NCBI GenBank assembly: GCA_033442325.1
Contig: JAWQFM010000009.1
Location: 17,057 to 81,056, forward strand
Origin: Salpingoeca rosetta
Taxonomy: Eukaryota > Protista > Choanoflagellata
Reading direction: 5' to 3'
Length of the DNA: 64,000 nt
This document shows positions 41,332-56,500 of the stretch, piece by piece (positions within the stretch are counted from its first letter, which is position 1; every line of letters begins with the position of its first letter). A program made the translations under genes and the position numbers. The notes beneath the pieces were generated by a model. That model searched no databases. It had not been told where the DNA came from and saw nothing but the letters and a program-made list of their open reading frames with translations.

Positions 41332-43922
41332 CACAAAGCACAAAGCGCGGATCACCTGTTGTGCGTATGGCGGCGACGGGGTTGTGCTGGAGAGGGGGGC
41401 GGCAGGTGAGCTGATCGCCGTCAACTGTACAGCAGCGGCCGTCACGGGAGAGAAGAGCAATGGACGGTCCACCGGCAAACGCTTTCAGCGGCCACATGGT
41501 GTCGGGAACTGCGCTCTCACTCGTCTCAATCAGCTCTCCATCCAATGTCCAAAGCTATTGGAGCAGAGGGGTAGATGAACGCGCGCACATGTGAATGGAG
41601 ATGAGTGCGGGTGGATTCGCATGTAAGAGCAGTGGCAGCGGCGATCTTGGTGGTGGTGTGCACGGGTGACAGCCATCAACCCTGCTCATGCTCGCAAACA
41701 CTTACACGAAAGAGGCGGTCTGCGTGAAGGGACAGCACCTTGCGCTTGTGCATGCACAGCGCAATCACAGGATGCTCGCAAGCTGCAACCCACGATGACA
41801 GGCGCAGAAAGCAAACAAACAAGCAATCCAACGAATCGTTGTGTGAGCACCAATACATTCATCGTCAGCTGACAAGACGCCTTCACCCAACCCATATTAC
41901 AAACACGCAGCGAACACGCAAGCAAAGAGTTGCCAAAGCAAGGCTTTCCCCAGCACTTCTCAGAGCAGAGCAGTCCTCCAAGCAACACATCACGACAACG
42001 CTCCTTCAACACAGAGGCGAATAGCTCACGCGGTGCAGCCTGCGATTGAACGTCGAGAGAAGTGGCATCCAGCAGCTTCCAGGCGCAGTCGTCGGCGCAC
42101 AGCACGCGCCCATCACTCGTCTCCACGAGTGCGGCGGAGGCGATGGCGGCGCTGCTCAGGCAAAACGATCCTGGCGACGAAGAGGGAAAACACGANNNNN
42201 NNNNNNNNNNNNNNNNNNNNNNNNNNNNNNNNNNNNNNNNNNNNNNNNNNNNNNNNNNNNNNNNNNNNNNNNNNNNNNNNNNNNNNNNNNNNNNNGAGAG
42301 AGAGAGAGAGACAGAGAGAGAGAGAGATTTGCGCCAAGGAATGCGTCAGCCATGAGAGTGCAAGGCGCAACAAACGCACCGTTGTGCAATTTGTCCGAGA
42401 ACGCGAGAGCCTCCAGTGCTGTTGGCAGTGTGGAGACCGCAGGCACGGCCGAGTCGTACATGTATACCTGCACACACACATACACACACACACATACACA
42501 CACGCGCACACACGTAAGTACCGAAGCCAAGTTCGCATGACAAAGGCGCAATGACGACGCGGAAATGAGTGAGCACACACCGTTTCACACACACACACAC
42601 ACTCACACACACACACACAAAATTGTCCTCCGTGTGCACCCCCATCACGGCGTTCACTGTAATTGTACGCACGTGGCCATCGTCCGTTGCGGCGATGATT
42701 CGCTCCTCATCGTCGACAGCAACCTGCTCCACTGGCGCACAGAGAACAAACACATGAATGAAGCAGGCTCGAACGTGAGCTTGGACGTGAGCAAAACTGT
42801 GCACATCCACACGTGCGCGTGCGTTGCAAACACCCACTGATGCAAAGAACACGAGTACATGCACGCATTCACTTGTCTCACGTTCTGCTGGGAGGATCGG
42901 CGCATGGACAACGCGACGAACAGCAAATGCGTCAGCGCTTTCACCAGATGACGGAAGGTGAACAAGCACAGCCGTGTTCTGAACGAGCACGTATGTGTGT
43001 GTGTGAATGTGAGTGTGAGTACTATCGTGCGTGTGCATGCGTGCAAATGTGCGTGCGAGTGTGCGAGTGCATCATACAGTCAGCACAAACATGGCAGTTG
43101 ACGCAATGTCATTCGTGTTGTGAGCGGTGAGCACACGGGCGATGCCAGCACGAGTGGTGGCCTCACGTGTGAAGCAATGACAGCTGCTGTTGATGACGAT
43201 GAGAACGCCGTGATAAAATCATCGTGCGGGAGCGTGAGAGGAAGAGTCATTTCCTTCAAGGCAACAGCATCACCGTCATCCCCAACAGCAACGGAGAGAA
43301 TCACAGCTTGCAGCAACGATGGTGATGATGGCGTTTCCTTCAACTGGTGGCAGGGAGGGACAGGGGGAGAGAGAGAGTGGTGTTGCAAGCAGGCAGTGGC
43401 GATGAGGACCACAGAGAGGGCAGTTGATGAAAACAGGGTTGTGTTTCGAACAAGCAATGCAACAAACACGGCTGATACATTGGCGACAGACATCATGAGG
43501 ATTCACCAACCATGAACACGCGGGAGGTGGACAGGCAGTGGACAGCAGTGCCTGCTTGTGTGCATGTGCGGATTGGGCAGAAGCGGTGTGAGTGCATTTT
43601 GTAGAGGTCGGGAGTGTAAGTGTCTCGAGTGTAGGCAACTCCGAAAAAACACAAACCACACGTCTGCATGAACGTGCACACGACCGCCATCAACCGCACC
43701 TGCTGGAAGTTCAGCACGTTTTGGTTCAGTCGAGTCCTTGGAGGGCCACAGCAACACTGTGTCATCAGTCACCGCGAGCACATGGTCGCTTGACGCGCAC
43801 ACGCTCTCGACGTGGTCCTGCGTTGTGAGAGTTGAGATGCACAGCGGGTGCGTGGGCATGGACAGCGTCAGCACAGACGCGCGCACACTTTGAAGATAAG
43901 ACACTATCCACAACAGGACACA

Positions 43923-43958
<36 letters not shown>

Positions 43959-43966
43959 CACACGCA

Positions 43967-43998
<32 letters not shown>

Positions 43999-46416
43999 CA
44001 CACACGCACACACACCATTTCCCATGCTGCCTCACCGTGAGACTGAGCGACTTTGTCTGCTTGCCCTTTGCATCAAAGCGCGTGATGGACTCGTCGTTGA
44101 CAATCACGAGGGCGCCGTTGTGCTCGTCAGTGAAGCAGCCCGCGTATCCCCCGTGCTCAATCGTCGCCACGACACCGCCGTTCACGGCATCAAGCACCTG
44201 TCGCGCACCAATTGTAAGCAGGAAGCACGTGGTGACGTCGTGTGAGCCGTGTGCTAGCTTTGGTGTACGGGCCGAGTGAGCAAGGGACACACGTGCATGC
44301 AAACACGCACGCTCAAACCATACATGTACACACAAAGCACACAGCACAAATCACAAAGCACACGCATACCACACAAAGCACAAAGCGCACAGCACAAATC
44401 ACATATCGCATGCAACATATTCACACTCTCCCTCCCAAACAGCATGATCACGCGAGCGTACCAGGCATTTGTCAGCGAAGAGCACGGCAGCACGATCGAG
44501 CGATGCAAACACGGCCAGCGCATCGTGTGCTCTGACGTCGACCGCGACCACCGGCTCATTGGTCCCGTCAGCAGCCACAAACTGAACGATGCGCGCGGAC
44601 ATGAATGGGAGTCAATAGCAAGCAATCGCATGCAGATGCACGTGCATGCACTTGTGCATATGGCTGCGCCTGCACGCGTGGCTTCATGTAACTTCCCTTG
44701 GTGCATGTGTGTGTGTGCCCCCTTCCAATGCGTGTGTTCCCCTCACCCATTCCTCCTCCGTCTCTCTCCATGAATGAACTTGCCTGGACGCGCTCAGAAG
44801 CGACAACAGCGGATGACTTGAGGCACGCGATGCCGCTGATGTGTTCGTGGGCAGACAGCAGCAGCTATTGGCACCACATGAAACACACGGATGGACTGGG
44901 TTGAGCATACATGTGTTGCAATATGGCAAGAGCAATAAAAAATACCACACACACCCTCGCACACATATTCACACACGCGCGTATTCACACACGCGTGTCC
45001 CCACGCACGAACGCACGCACGCACGCACGCACGCACGCACACACACACGCACACACACACACACTTGTACGCACCTTTGGGGCGTTGTGAGGGGTGGCCA
45101 TGCACGTGACAGTCGGAACGCAGCGGTTAATGCGGCTCTCCTGTGCACTCTTGCTCGCTTGCTCCAACAGCACCTGGCACGGCAAGATACGCGCCAACGG
45201 GTGCGCGCCGGTGTGAGCGCTGATTGGACATCGATAAACACCTTTAACATTGCAAAGCATGCGTTGGTCCATGACAAAGAGGCATTGAATTGCACGGGGG
45301 TCACCTGGATGTCTGCGTGGTGTCGCGCCTCCGCCTGGAGACGACCAATCAGCTGAACGAGAAGCAGAGGCAAGCATCGAAGGGGTGTGAGCCATCAGCA
45401 TGCATACATGTTGCTCTTCGTGCACACCTCCACACGCGCACATACAAACGAGTGTGTGCATGTGTGCTTGCGCATGGGTACAGTTCATCATCCCGTGAAC
45501 ACGCAGTGCGCGCATAGGCAAGTGCACGCTCACCTGGCAGGCGAGCTGGTCTGGCTCCGTTGCTAGAACGTGGTCACTGAGCGAAAGCGCGCGGGCGACG
45601 AGTTGACGCGCCTCTGCCTGTTTCTTCGCATCCGCCGATGATGAGGACGATGATGCAGCAGCGCCAGCACTTTCGCCGCTGACGTCCACAAACGCGAACA
45701 AATGCGTGCGTGAGCGTGAGTGTGCGTGTGCGTGTGCGTGTGTGTGTGCCTGTGTATGCGAGTGTGTGTGAGTGTGTGTGCGTGTGTGTGCGTGCGTGTG
45801 TGTGTGTGTGCCATTCAGGGATGATGTAAACGACTGGTCAGCCAAAGCGGAACCTGGTGGGGACGTTAAAGAGGCCAACAGTTTCCTCAACGGTCGTGTG
45901 CTTCAGGAATTGACGCAGGAACTGCAATGCGGGCACACACGCGCACACGCACGCACACATCAGCAACATTCTTGACGCAATGAGCAACAAACCGCACGCA
46001 ACACAAAGCAGCCACACAACGCAACTACACGCAATGCAGCGTCGGCATGAGACAATCCATTCAAGCAAGCGAGAACAGACATTGTAGTTGAAGCAGACGA
46101 GGTGGTCGAGAGATTCGAGGTCGCCACATTGCTTCAACACGTGCGGGAGTTCGTGCAGTGCGCGCATGTTGGGACGAGCGAGCGGCCCATCAAACTCCAG
46201 CGGCTGTCAACCGTAGTCACAGGCGATGCGTGGCGATGGTGAGCAATGACGCGTGGTGATGCGAGGTGACGCGTGGTGATGCAAGGTGATGCGAGTGGAT
46301 GGCTCCACGACATGCGGTGCGTGTTGCAGGGCAGAATACAACCAAGGAAGACGCGTGGGGCTCATGGGAGAGTACGGCTAGAAAGAAGGCAAGAGGATGA
46401 AAAAACGACGACGACG

Positions 46417-46512
<96 letters not shown>

Positions 46513-46539
46513 GCAACAACAAACAAACAAACAACAAAC

Positions 46540-46581
<42 letters not shown>

Positions 46582-46950
46582 CTACAACATAATAAAACAC
46601 AGGATAGCAGCAGGTTGCGCAACGATTGCACACCTGCTCCGGGACGAGCCTGTTGGTTGGCGTGCCGTCAGCTGTGGGCTTTGGCTGTGCGGCCCAGCGC
46701 GATGCCCAGTAGTCGCGGAGAGTGCGGCTGGCAGCGACGGCCTGCGCAGGGCGCAGGTAGCGGCTCGTGATAGCGGCCGCAACCTGACACACGTACACGC
46801 ACGCACACGCAGAGGCGTGGAGACGGGAATCGCGGGGGGAAGGGTGAGTGGGTGTGTAAGAAAGAGTGTGAGAGTGTGTGTTTGGGAGCACAGGATACAG
46901 GAAGAACCACAAGTTAAAGGACGATCACAACCAACACCACCAGCACCGGC

Positions 46951-47033
<83 letters not shown>

Positions 47034-49472
47034 CCATCAGAAATGCACATTGCACGATAATGGCTGCACCTCTGGTGTGGCGATGCGAAGTGCACGCCCG
47101 CCGTCAGCGTCAACGACAGCAAGAAGTGGTGAGGCAGCCGCCAGCCACCGCGCCAGACGAGGAAAGGGGAAGCGCGAAATGCCTGCAGGCATCGTGGAAA
47201 CGTCACACGACCGCAGCGCCTGCCATGCATGCACGCAAAGCATCAGCGATTGGTCAACATCCCGAAGGAGTGCATGCGCACGTGGGAATGGTCATCGACA
47301 CAAACATACGCACGTGCCAGAGCATGTGTGGTTGTTAACAAACTCACCTCATTGTCGAGAGACAGTACATCCAGCAGCTCTTGTCGAAGCAAACCGAAGC
47401 GTGAAAGCGCCACATACGAGAAGCAGGCGGCCGTCACCACCTAAATAGACCATGATTTGGGTGCGAGTGTTCGTATGTGTGCGTTCGTGAGTGTGTGGGG
47501 TGTGTGCGTTTGTGTGTCTGTGTGTGAGCGTGTGTGTTGCGTGTGTACGTATGTGTGTTTGGGTGTGCACGAAATCACATCACGCGTGTTTCTCGTGTGT
47601 TCGCGCATGGAGCGAACGTGGGCTTTGACGCGCACCTGTCCGCACTGCTTTTCAATGCGCTCGAGAAATTGCTTGACCATCTGGGATGGCGTCGTTGCCA
47701 GCGTGGTCGAGTCCGTCGACTTCCACGTCACCGCCTAAACACACACGCACGCACACGCACACACATCCACGCATCCACGCATACACATATACATGTACAT
47801 GCATGCACGCGGACGTCATGGCATGGCAAGGGAGCATCGTTGTGGCGGCGAGTGATGACTGATATTTGCAACTGCTGGGGACAACGTGTGCTGGCAACAA
47901 CAGGGGTGTAACAAACGTCATGTCATGTCATGTTGTCATGATGTGTGTCGTCCACGGGAAAGGGGCACGCTCAACAAGTGGTGTCGTGTTCACCATCTCT
48001 GCCGCGAGCCGAACGTAGAGCGGCGCCGTGCAGCGGTTGAGGCCGTTCGAAATCGCCTGACGACGGAGAGGAGGGGAGGGGAGACAAAATGGGATTGAAC
48101 GACAAGACACAGCTGGTCACTCACACACACACGCACATACGCACACAATAACGTACTCACACACACGCACACAAAAAAAAAAACAAGCAAAACAAACAAA
48201 CAAACAAACAAACAAACAAACAAACAAACAAACAAACAAACAAACAAACAAACGAACAAACAAACAACCTGTCGATGCGTTCTGCTGAGCGTGCGATGGG
48301 CAGCAGAGATTCGCTGCTCAATGACTTCATCTGCGGTTTTTCGCGGCATTGGAGCAGCCTATGGACAAGGGAGGCGGCATGGCAAATTGGAGCCAGGTGC
48401 AGCAGCACGTGAGCCGAAAAAACAACAAACAACAACAAGCACAATGACACAAGTAGCTGCCTCAGGCACATGTGTGCATTTGCTCACGGCTGAGACCTTG
48501 ATGGCGACGATGGTGGGAATTGACTTGAGCCACGCCACCTCCTCATCGCTCACAAGAACAACGACAGCAACCGGCGCAAGCTGTGTGTACATGTGTGTGT
48601 GTGTGTATGCGTGTGTGCGTGCGTGAGGGGGAGGGGGAGGAGAAGGGTTCCCAGCAGTATTGGCGAGCAAAAACGGCTTTGAGCGGCGATTGATAGTTCA
48701 CAATGAAGAAAGGGAAAACCACAAAGCAATGCGAACAACAGAACACGAACACATCAACGGGAGGCCAAACGACTCAAACCCATATCACATGCGCTCTCAC
48801 AACGTGCAAGAGGTGCCTGATGGTGTTGCGATCAGCGGGCGTGGTGGCAATGGCTGCAATATCGTCGAGCACAACCGCAACAGAGGTGGCAGTCGCCTCC
48901 TTCAGCAGCGCGTGCAGAAACGTCGGCAGCTGGTGGGTGAAGTGCGGAATTGCATCCGTGTTGCGCCCGAGCACCCGCCCAACCTGCCAAACACAAGCAC
49001 AGAGGGTAGCGGTCGCATGGGTGTTCGTGTATGAGTGTGTGTGTGTGTGTGTATGTGTGTGTGTGTTTGTGTGCCCGCGTGTTTGTGCATGTGTTTGTGT
49101 GTGTGTGTGTGTGTGCATGTGTGTGTGTGCTTGTACGTGAGTGTGCCTGTCTGTACTTGCTTCACGTGCCACGAATGGTACTGTGAGCTGTAACAGACCA
49201 TGTGAGGCCCTCCGCACCTGCTGGCAGATGGAGAAGAGGATGCCGTGCAGCGAGCTTGATTGCGCCGTCAGTCCGCAATACCGTACGCACACGACCTGTC
49301 AAGCAAACGCACATGCAACACAAGCACGTGCTCGTGTCAGGCGTGCAACCAGTGCAGCTTCCGCACAACAGCGTACGCTCGTGCACACACACACACACGA
49401 CACACGTCATCACACACACGCACACACACGACACACGTGATCACACACACGCCCACACACGACACACGTGAT

Positions 49473-49503
<31 letters not shown>

Positions 49504-50685
49504 GTACACACACGCACACTACACGCCACACTACAAGCCACACAGCTGGGAACCTTGGATGGGGTGTGCCGTTTGACGGCGTGGGCGATGCGTGCAGCGA
49601 GAACAGGACGGTCGCTCGCAGCCACAACAGAGACAACCCCCGTGCTGCTGGTCGTGTTGATGACGGTGGGAGTGAGCGTGTGGGTCAAGAATGGCAATCA
49701 CAGTGGAGAGAGAGTGTGTGTGTGTGTGTGCATGTGCGTGTGTGCTTGGCGAGGAGGCAATGCGACAACAGCGGACTGCGAATACCCGACAGGCAACATA
49801 TGTACACACAACGCCCAATCAAGCATCGACCACACCTCTTGATTGCATCATGGGCTTCGTCAAGAACGTGTGCGTGGCAGTTTGGAAGGGCCAGCTGTGC
49901 CGCTGTGAACCTTGCGTGGGACACGACCTCCGCCAGGATCGCATCCCGTGGCGGCACCGTGCGGCTCGCTGTTGCAGCGGTGGCAGGGCGATTGGGCGAT
50001 TGGGCGATTGGGTGATTGGGTGATTGGGTGATTGGGTGATTGGGTGATTGGGTGATGAGATGGTCGGGTGGTGGGGTGAACAAGCCGTGTGGAAAGGCAC
50101 ACGTGTACATGAAAACAGCACAACGCTGCAAGTGCAACAACGCTGAGCGCACCGTGTTCGATCTTTGTGCGAAGGCAATCGTCCACGCCGGCCTGCGTGG
50201 CCTTGATGTAATTGCGGTGGTCAATGTCCTGCGCATGCACACACCGACACACCGACACACCGACACACACACACACGCACGCACGAGGGAGAACAAAATG
50301 CATGAGCACCAATATTGACTGGAAACTCCAACGCCGCAAGCCAGAACGCAACACAGCCAACCAATGTGCACACCTCCCACACCACACGCTCCGCAGCATG
50401 CTGGCGTGTTACCTTTGGTTGGACACCACAGCCATCGCTCCACGCGATTGTGCGGATGACAAGATCCTCCTCGTCCAGTGTCTGATGCCGTCACGATGGA
50501 GGCGAGGATGGTGGTGGCGAGGATGATGGTTGTGGTGGTACGCATGTGTGAGGGTGGCTATTGCTCTGGTCATTGATTGGCTTTGCATTGCGTCATGCTT
50601 CAACGCAGTGCAGTCGTGATGCGTGCGAGTTGTCATGCCAAAGCACATGTCACTGACAGCAAAACACGACAGGACTATCCTGACT

Positions 50686-50717
<32 letters not shown>

Positions 50718-51527
50718 ACACACACACACACACACCAACACAACTACACACTTACCCCTTTGAGCCTCGTGGTGATGGTGCTGAGGTCTTGTAGCGCTTG
50801 CGAATCCACAGTGCCGTCGCGCACGTGCACATATTGGGGCAGGGCCGCATCTGTGTGTGTGTGTGTGTGTGTGGGTGGGTGATCGTGTGTGATCGTGTGT
50901 GATCGGTGTGATTGTGAGGAACGGGAGAGCAATGTTAACGATACACAACGACGCACATGTGTGATCATGCATGCGCATCACCTCCGAGATGATCGTCGAG
51001 ATTCTTGAATTGCCTGCAGGCAATGATGCAATCCCGCGGACTCGCATCCATGAACACGGCCTCGTTCAGCACTGCCACAATACGAAAGCAAGTGTATGTG
51101 TGAGTGTGTGTGCGTGTGTGTGTGTACATGCCAGTGCTCAACACAGGGGACATCAGGGGTTCCCTCACTATGACATAACGAGATGACCATGCAGTGCTGT
51201 GCGTCACTACCTGCTTGCAGCGTCGTGTGCACTGCGCCCACTGTTTCGCTTCGGGCTTCGTTTGCACGTGCGATGACCGAGCCGAGCTCATCAACAATGT
51301 GCATCCATTGCCCCAGCGCTGTTGTGTGCATACACGGGTTGGCGTGCGGTGCACGTGAGCAGCAAGTCTTTCCACGGGATAAAAAAAAAATAAACTCGTC
51401 TTGCATACACTCACGCACTTGCATCCACCGCACACCTGCAGTCATGTTGACGCACTGACACCCTCACACCCACAAGCACACACACTCTCTCTCAAGCTCT
51501 CACACTCTCAAACTCTCACTCACTCGA

Positions 51528-51580
<53 letters not shown>

Positions 51581-52956
51581 CGTTCTTACGCCACCTGCTG
51601 TGCGGGCTGAGGTCTCGCCCTTGGATGTGCCGGTGGTGAACAGTTTCGACAACTTCTCCTGCACAGACTGCAAGGGCAAGGACGAGGTCACGCCAGCGGT
51701 GCAAGTTGAGACCAAGCGACAATGCACTTGGCCACATGGACACACAACACGCAACGCAAGTTGACAACACACAGCTTCATATGCACACACAACTCACGCA
51801 CACAGAGTGAGTGCATGCACGCGACATGAGCCCACACCTGCAGCGCGAATGTTGGAGGGTTGGCGTTTTCGTCAAGTTTGTACCATGACCGCAGCAGCAG
51901 CACTTGGTCGTCTGTGCCTTCTTGGCACTGGCCAACATGGCGAGGCAGTGGTTCGGTGAGTGTTGGAGCGGCCCCAGAACTCGTGTGGCACTGCAGCAGC
52001 AAACTCCCTCCCTCCCTCCCTCAAAACGTTTCGCAGCACTGCACAAAACAACACAACAAACACACGCACACGAATACGCACGCGCGCACACACTCGCACA
52101 CAGATACGCATGCACGCACGCATACAACACGCACACACACACACACAACTCACACAACAACAATAGGCAACGCACAATGTGTTCGAATGACGTCTTTGAC
52201 AGCGTCGTTGGGAGGAGCTTCTTCCCCAGGTGCTGGCCCAGCAAGCCAACAAAGTATGGCCCGTTGGATGTGTGCTTGCAGTCGTGCAAGTGCTGCTGCG
52301 CTAGCTGGAACCACTCTGGATCAGCCGAGTCTCCCGTGCCGGCACAGAAGCTGGCGTCCAGGACCTAGAGCAATGAAATCAAACGCAGCACATGAGGCCA
52401 CACAGACATTGGCACCTGCACGTGCACACGTTCAAACTTGCTCACTCACGCTCACTTTCAAGCACTCGCACACTCACTCGCTCCCTTGCTCCCTCACCCA
52501 CCCACACTCTCGCAAGCACTCACCTCAAGGTTCAAGCCGAGCTCCTGTGCGTAAGAGCGCAAAGCTGGAAACGTCTTGTGGTGCAACGCCGCAAGCTCTT
52601 GATCAAACTCTGCCATTGACAGGCAGTCACAATGACAACAAAACAAATACCACATCAGCAGCGTCAGCGAAGAGAGCGCAGCGTCAGCAAAGAGAGCGAG
52701 CACCAGCACCAACAATGTCACAGAAAACATGCACACACATGCACACACATGCACACGCACGCACGCGTTCACAATCACGATCGCACGCACCTCCGTGGTT
52801 GGCATACACGAAAACGGAGATGGTGGCCTGGGCACGTCGATCACATTCCTCCACAACAACGTCATCACTGCCACTGCTGCCGCTCCCGCTGCTGCTGCCG
52901 CTCCCGTGATCGCCAATCACGGCACCTCGCAGCACCCGCTCAGCCATCCCAGACAT
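39184..52956 (-). CDS. NWD1/NWD2-like protein (DUF4062-like N-terminus, degenerate NACHT, WD40-like repeats, C-terminal CaaX); many exons, two N gaps inside
   Basis: [57 protein letters not shown]; [16 protein letters not shown]; EVVSHARF; [11 protein letters not shown]; VAVVLDD; PLYVRLA; [16 protein letters not shown]; NMRALHELP; ..VWD..ITRFVAD..; ends [12 protein letters not shown]. Start ATG is 52956 or 52947. Confidence 0.8.
46418..46581. repeat. Long (CAA)n microsatellite in an intron
   Basis: Directly visible; produces spurious polyQ/polyL/polyV ORFs. Confidence 0.9.
49990..50056. repeat. (GATTGGGY)x8 intronic repeat
   Basis: 8-bp tandem units visible. Confidence 0.85.
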
Positions 52957-53551
52957 CCCTCGCTCGCTCTGGATGGATGGTGCAGCAAGGTCTCTGCTGC
53001 CAGTTTGGCTTTTCCGTTTTTTTTTTTTTTTTGCTTTGCCGTTAAAGAAGCACGGAATCACCCAAGGCTTTGGGCTGATTTTATTGTTGCGTATTTTGCC
53101 TCAGCGTTTGACCCAAGCGACCTGTCCTCCAACACCAATGGCATGTTGGCGGTGCAGGCTGTGTCGGGTGGGACGCAGCAGGCATTTAAAAGCAGGTTCA
53201 TACACACACACACACATCACACGCATGCGGTCTGCCCGTTCTTCGGCTCATGTCACAAACACAAACATCCCACGACACGCACGCACGCCAGTAACGTTGC
53301 CTCGCGACTCAATTGCCACGCAGCATCAACCTCACGGCTCTGCTCCAGCCCCAATCACCTGCCTACCTGCTCACTGCGTGCTTGCTTCGTTAGTAAGGCC
53401 GTGACTCTTTTGGAGACGGCAGGCTAAGGCCAGTACGGGCCCGTTGCTCTACACAGCAGCGCCTCTTTCTGTACCTTGTGTGCTGCGAGGAGGGCATCAT
53501 CCGACCTACGATCCTACCCGTGAGACCTGAACATCACCCAACCAGGCCACA

Positions 53552-56500
53552 ATGCTGACCCAGGAGAAGCACGACAACACGCCACATGAGAGTGACGTCA
53601 ACAGCATCGACACGGGCTGCCTGAGCGAATCCAGCAGCCGCTCCACCAGCCCGCAGCCGCATCTTGTGACCGCACCTTCCAGGAACGTGCAGTTTGTCAA
53701 CTTGCGCGGCGAGAGCAAGCGGCAGCGGCGCCGCCGCATGCGGAAACAGCAACAGAGGATCAACTCTGCCAACTCCGGTGGCACCTCCAGCAACCAGGAC
53801 GAAGAGCTCTTGCCAGAGAGAACCCCCCGAGGAAGCGGCGCGGGCCTGCCGCGCAAGTCTGTCTTCCACCTGTACGACTCCATTGACGTGTCCGCGTTTG
53901 CAGGCCGCAGCAGCGACTACTCCGGGGAAAGGCATGGCGTCTTCTCAAAGGCCACCATCGCCAACCATCTGGTGACCCCGCAGGACTGCCTCTCTGTCCT
54001 CAAGGAGCTCAACCTCTTGGTCTGGTTCAGTTTGATCTTGTGCATTGTCACTGTTTTCCTCTGCGATCGGTACAACATCTACTGGGATGGCAACGTCGCC
54101 CTGCTTCTCTTTCCCCTCGTGTTTCCCATGGCTTTTTCCATCAACGCAGGCTACCAGGTGTGTGAGCGTGTGAGCGTGTGATGTATGTGAGTGTGCGTGT
54201 CCGTCGCATGTACGTTGTTCATGTGTGTGTGTGTGTGCGTGTGAGCGTGTGAGCGTGTGATGTATGTGCGTGTGTGTCGGATGCTGTTTTGCGGGCCTTT
54301 GAAAGAGAGTGTGTGTGTTTGCGTTGGATGTTTGTGACAGCTTCTTTGACATTGTGAACGAACCAAAGTAGCGCTGATGGTGTGGAGTAGATGTGCACAT
54401 CTTGCAACGCACCACGACACGCAAGTGCGAGTGTATCGCTCTCATCCATTTTGACCATTGCCAACCACTTACACACACGCACGCGCGATTCCTTACAGCG
54501 ACGAGAGACTGTGCTACATGAGCTGTCAATGCTGAAAGCTGCTTCTGCTTCGCTGGTGCGTCGCGTTTGTCTGACAAACGATCCTACTGATACCTCTGCT
54601 CTTGGTGTCCTCATCTTTCAGTTAACCCCAACTGTTCACCACCAAAGTCCTCTTGTGCAAACACACACGCAAACACACACATGCACACAACGCAAACGCA
54701 CACACACACACACGCGCGCACGCACAAACACACACACACACACGCACATACGCACGCACGCACACATGCACTCTCTCTCCCTCCCCCTCGCTTTCACTCT
54801 TTCTCTCTCGCACCTTCAGTACTGGGGCCATCGTGAGATGTGTCGCCACTCCAACTTGCCTGATCAACATGCAAAGGAAGTGGAGCGTGGTGTGCGCAAC
54901 GTCTTCTTCTGTTTCCTCCAATATGTTGTGGGCGAACGTGAGGAGCGAGAACAACAGCTGAAAAAGGTGTGCCGAGCACAAGAAGGAGATGAGATTGGAT
55001 ACACTTGCACCTGGGAATTCAGGGTTGGTGTGTTGGACAGCATGTGCTTGTGCTACCGCTGTCGCAGCAACATCGATACGCACGACCTGCTCGCACGACG
55101 TCTCACCTCACGACGACGCACAACAACACACCACCTACCCGCGGACCTTCCCTCCACCCAATTCACCCTCACCACACCACCTCATTAACGCTCATCGCGT
55201 GATGGGTATGATGACAGGTGTATCGGATCTTTGCGTTGTTGTCCCAGGCATCGACGGCGGTGCTATATTCCAACGTGCCGGGCGCGGGCCCGCTCGCCTC
55301 CCGGTTACAGCAGGAACAGGCCACCATGCTGCGTTCCTTCGAACAACTTCGCAATCTTCGTGAATACAAAACGCCAAGGTGTCGCCATCTGCGAATCCAG
55401 TTCAGAGCACGCACGCACATGGCTGTGTTCTCCCGTGGTTTTTTGCCACACACTGACCCTCACACACTCACTCACACACACACACACACTCACACACGTA
55501 CTCACGCTCACACACTCACACACGTACTCACGCTCACACACACACACACACACTCACTCACTCACTCACGCACACACACACACACGTACATACTCACATA
55601 CCCACACACTCGCTCACTCACACATACTTACACTCACATGCTCACATACTGACTCACACACACTCTAACAGGGCCATTCGCAACTTCTTCCGCGTTCTCG
55701 TGTTTCTGCAACCAATCATGTTTGCCCCGTACTACGTCACCATCATCCGCCAGGACGCAGAGGTGCGCCAGCTGTGGGCCGGATACGCAGCAGCCGTTGT
55801 CGTCACCCTTGTCTTTGGCGCCCTTCAGGTGGGTTGAAGCATTTGCAAGGATACAGGCGGCCTTGCTTTGAATGGATGCAACACAGGCTGTGGTATCTCA
55901 TTGTCGGCGATCTGTGTGTGTGTACTGTCACGTTGTGATGGTTGCGGTGGAAGGGGCAAATTTGCCTTCTTCCAACCACGTCCTCTCTTGTACGTGTGAG
56001 GCCACCCATGTCTCGACTTGCCAGTCGCGCATCATTGTCTTCTGCGACCCATTGTATCGTCTCACATCACGCCACGCATGCAATTCGTACAGAGCATCCA
56101 GGATGGTCTGGATGACCCCTTCGATGGTGTTGGGGAAGACGACGTTAGCCTGTATGAGATCTCCGTATGGCCCCGCCTCGCCCTGTGGGAAGAGCAGCAG
56201 GCAGACGTGTGCGGCTTTATTCGCGTGGCGCACAGCTTTATTCACAACACGGGAAACATCAACAGCAAGGACGACACGGAGTTTCCTGAAGACATCAGCA
56301 ACACCGTGTACACACAGGAAGTCAAGCGCTGCCTGGACGAACGCAAGAAACGTGCGATGAGTTGATGCGTCATGTGACATGTGATTCACGTGATGTCCCA
56401 CTTGAAATAGGATTTGACTGTGCTTGATGCGTTGGTGTCTGTGTGTCTGTGTGTGTGTCTGGTTGTCTGTGTGTCTGAGTTTGTGTTTGTGCATCTGTCA

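Noticed and set aside
46273-47338. Plus-strand polyQ/polyT/polyI ORFs
   Set aside because: Intronic trinucleotide microsatellites antisense to the NWD gene.
49990-50056. Telomere-like or G-quadruplex repeat (GATTGGGY)x8
   Set aside because: Short, intronic and not TTAGGG; no evidence of a telomeric or functional role.
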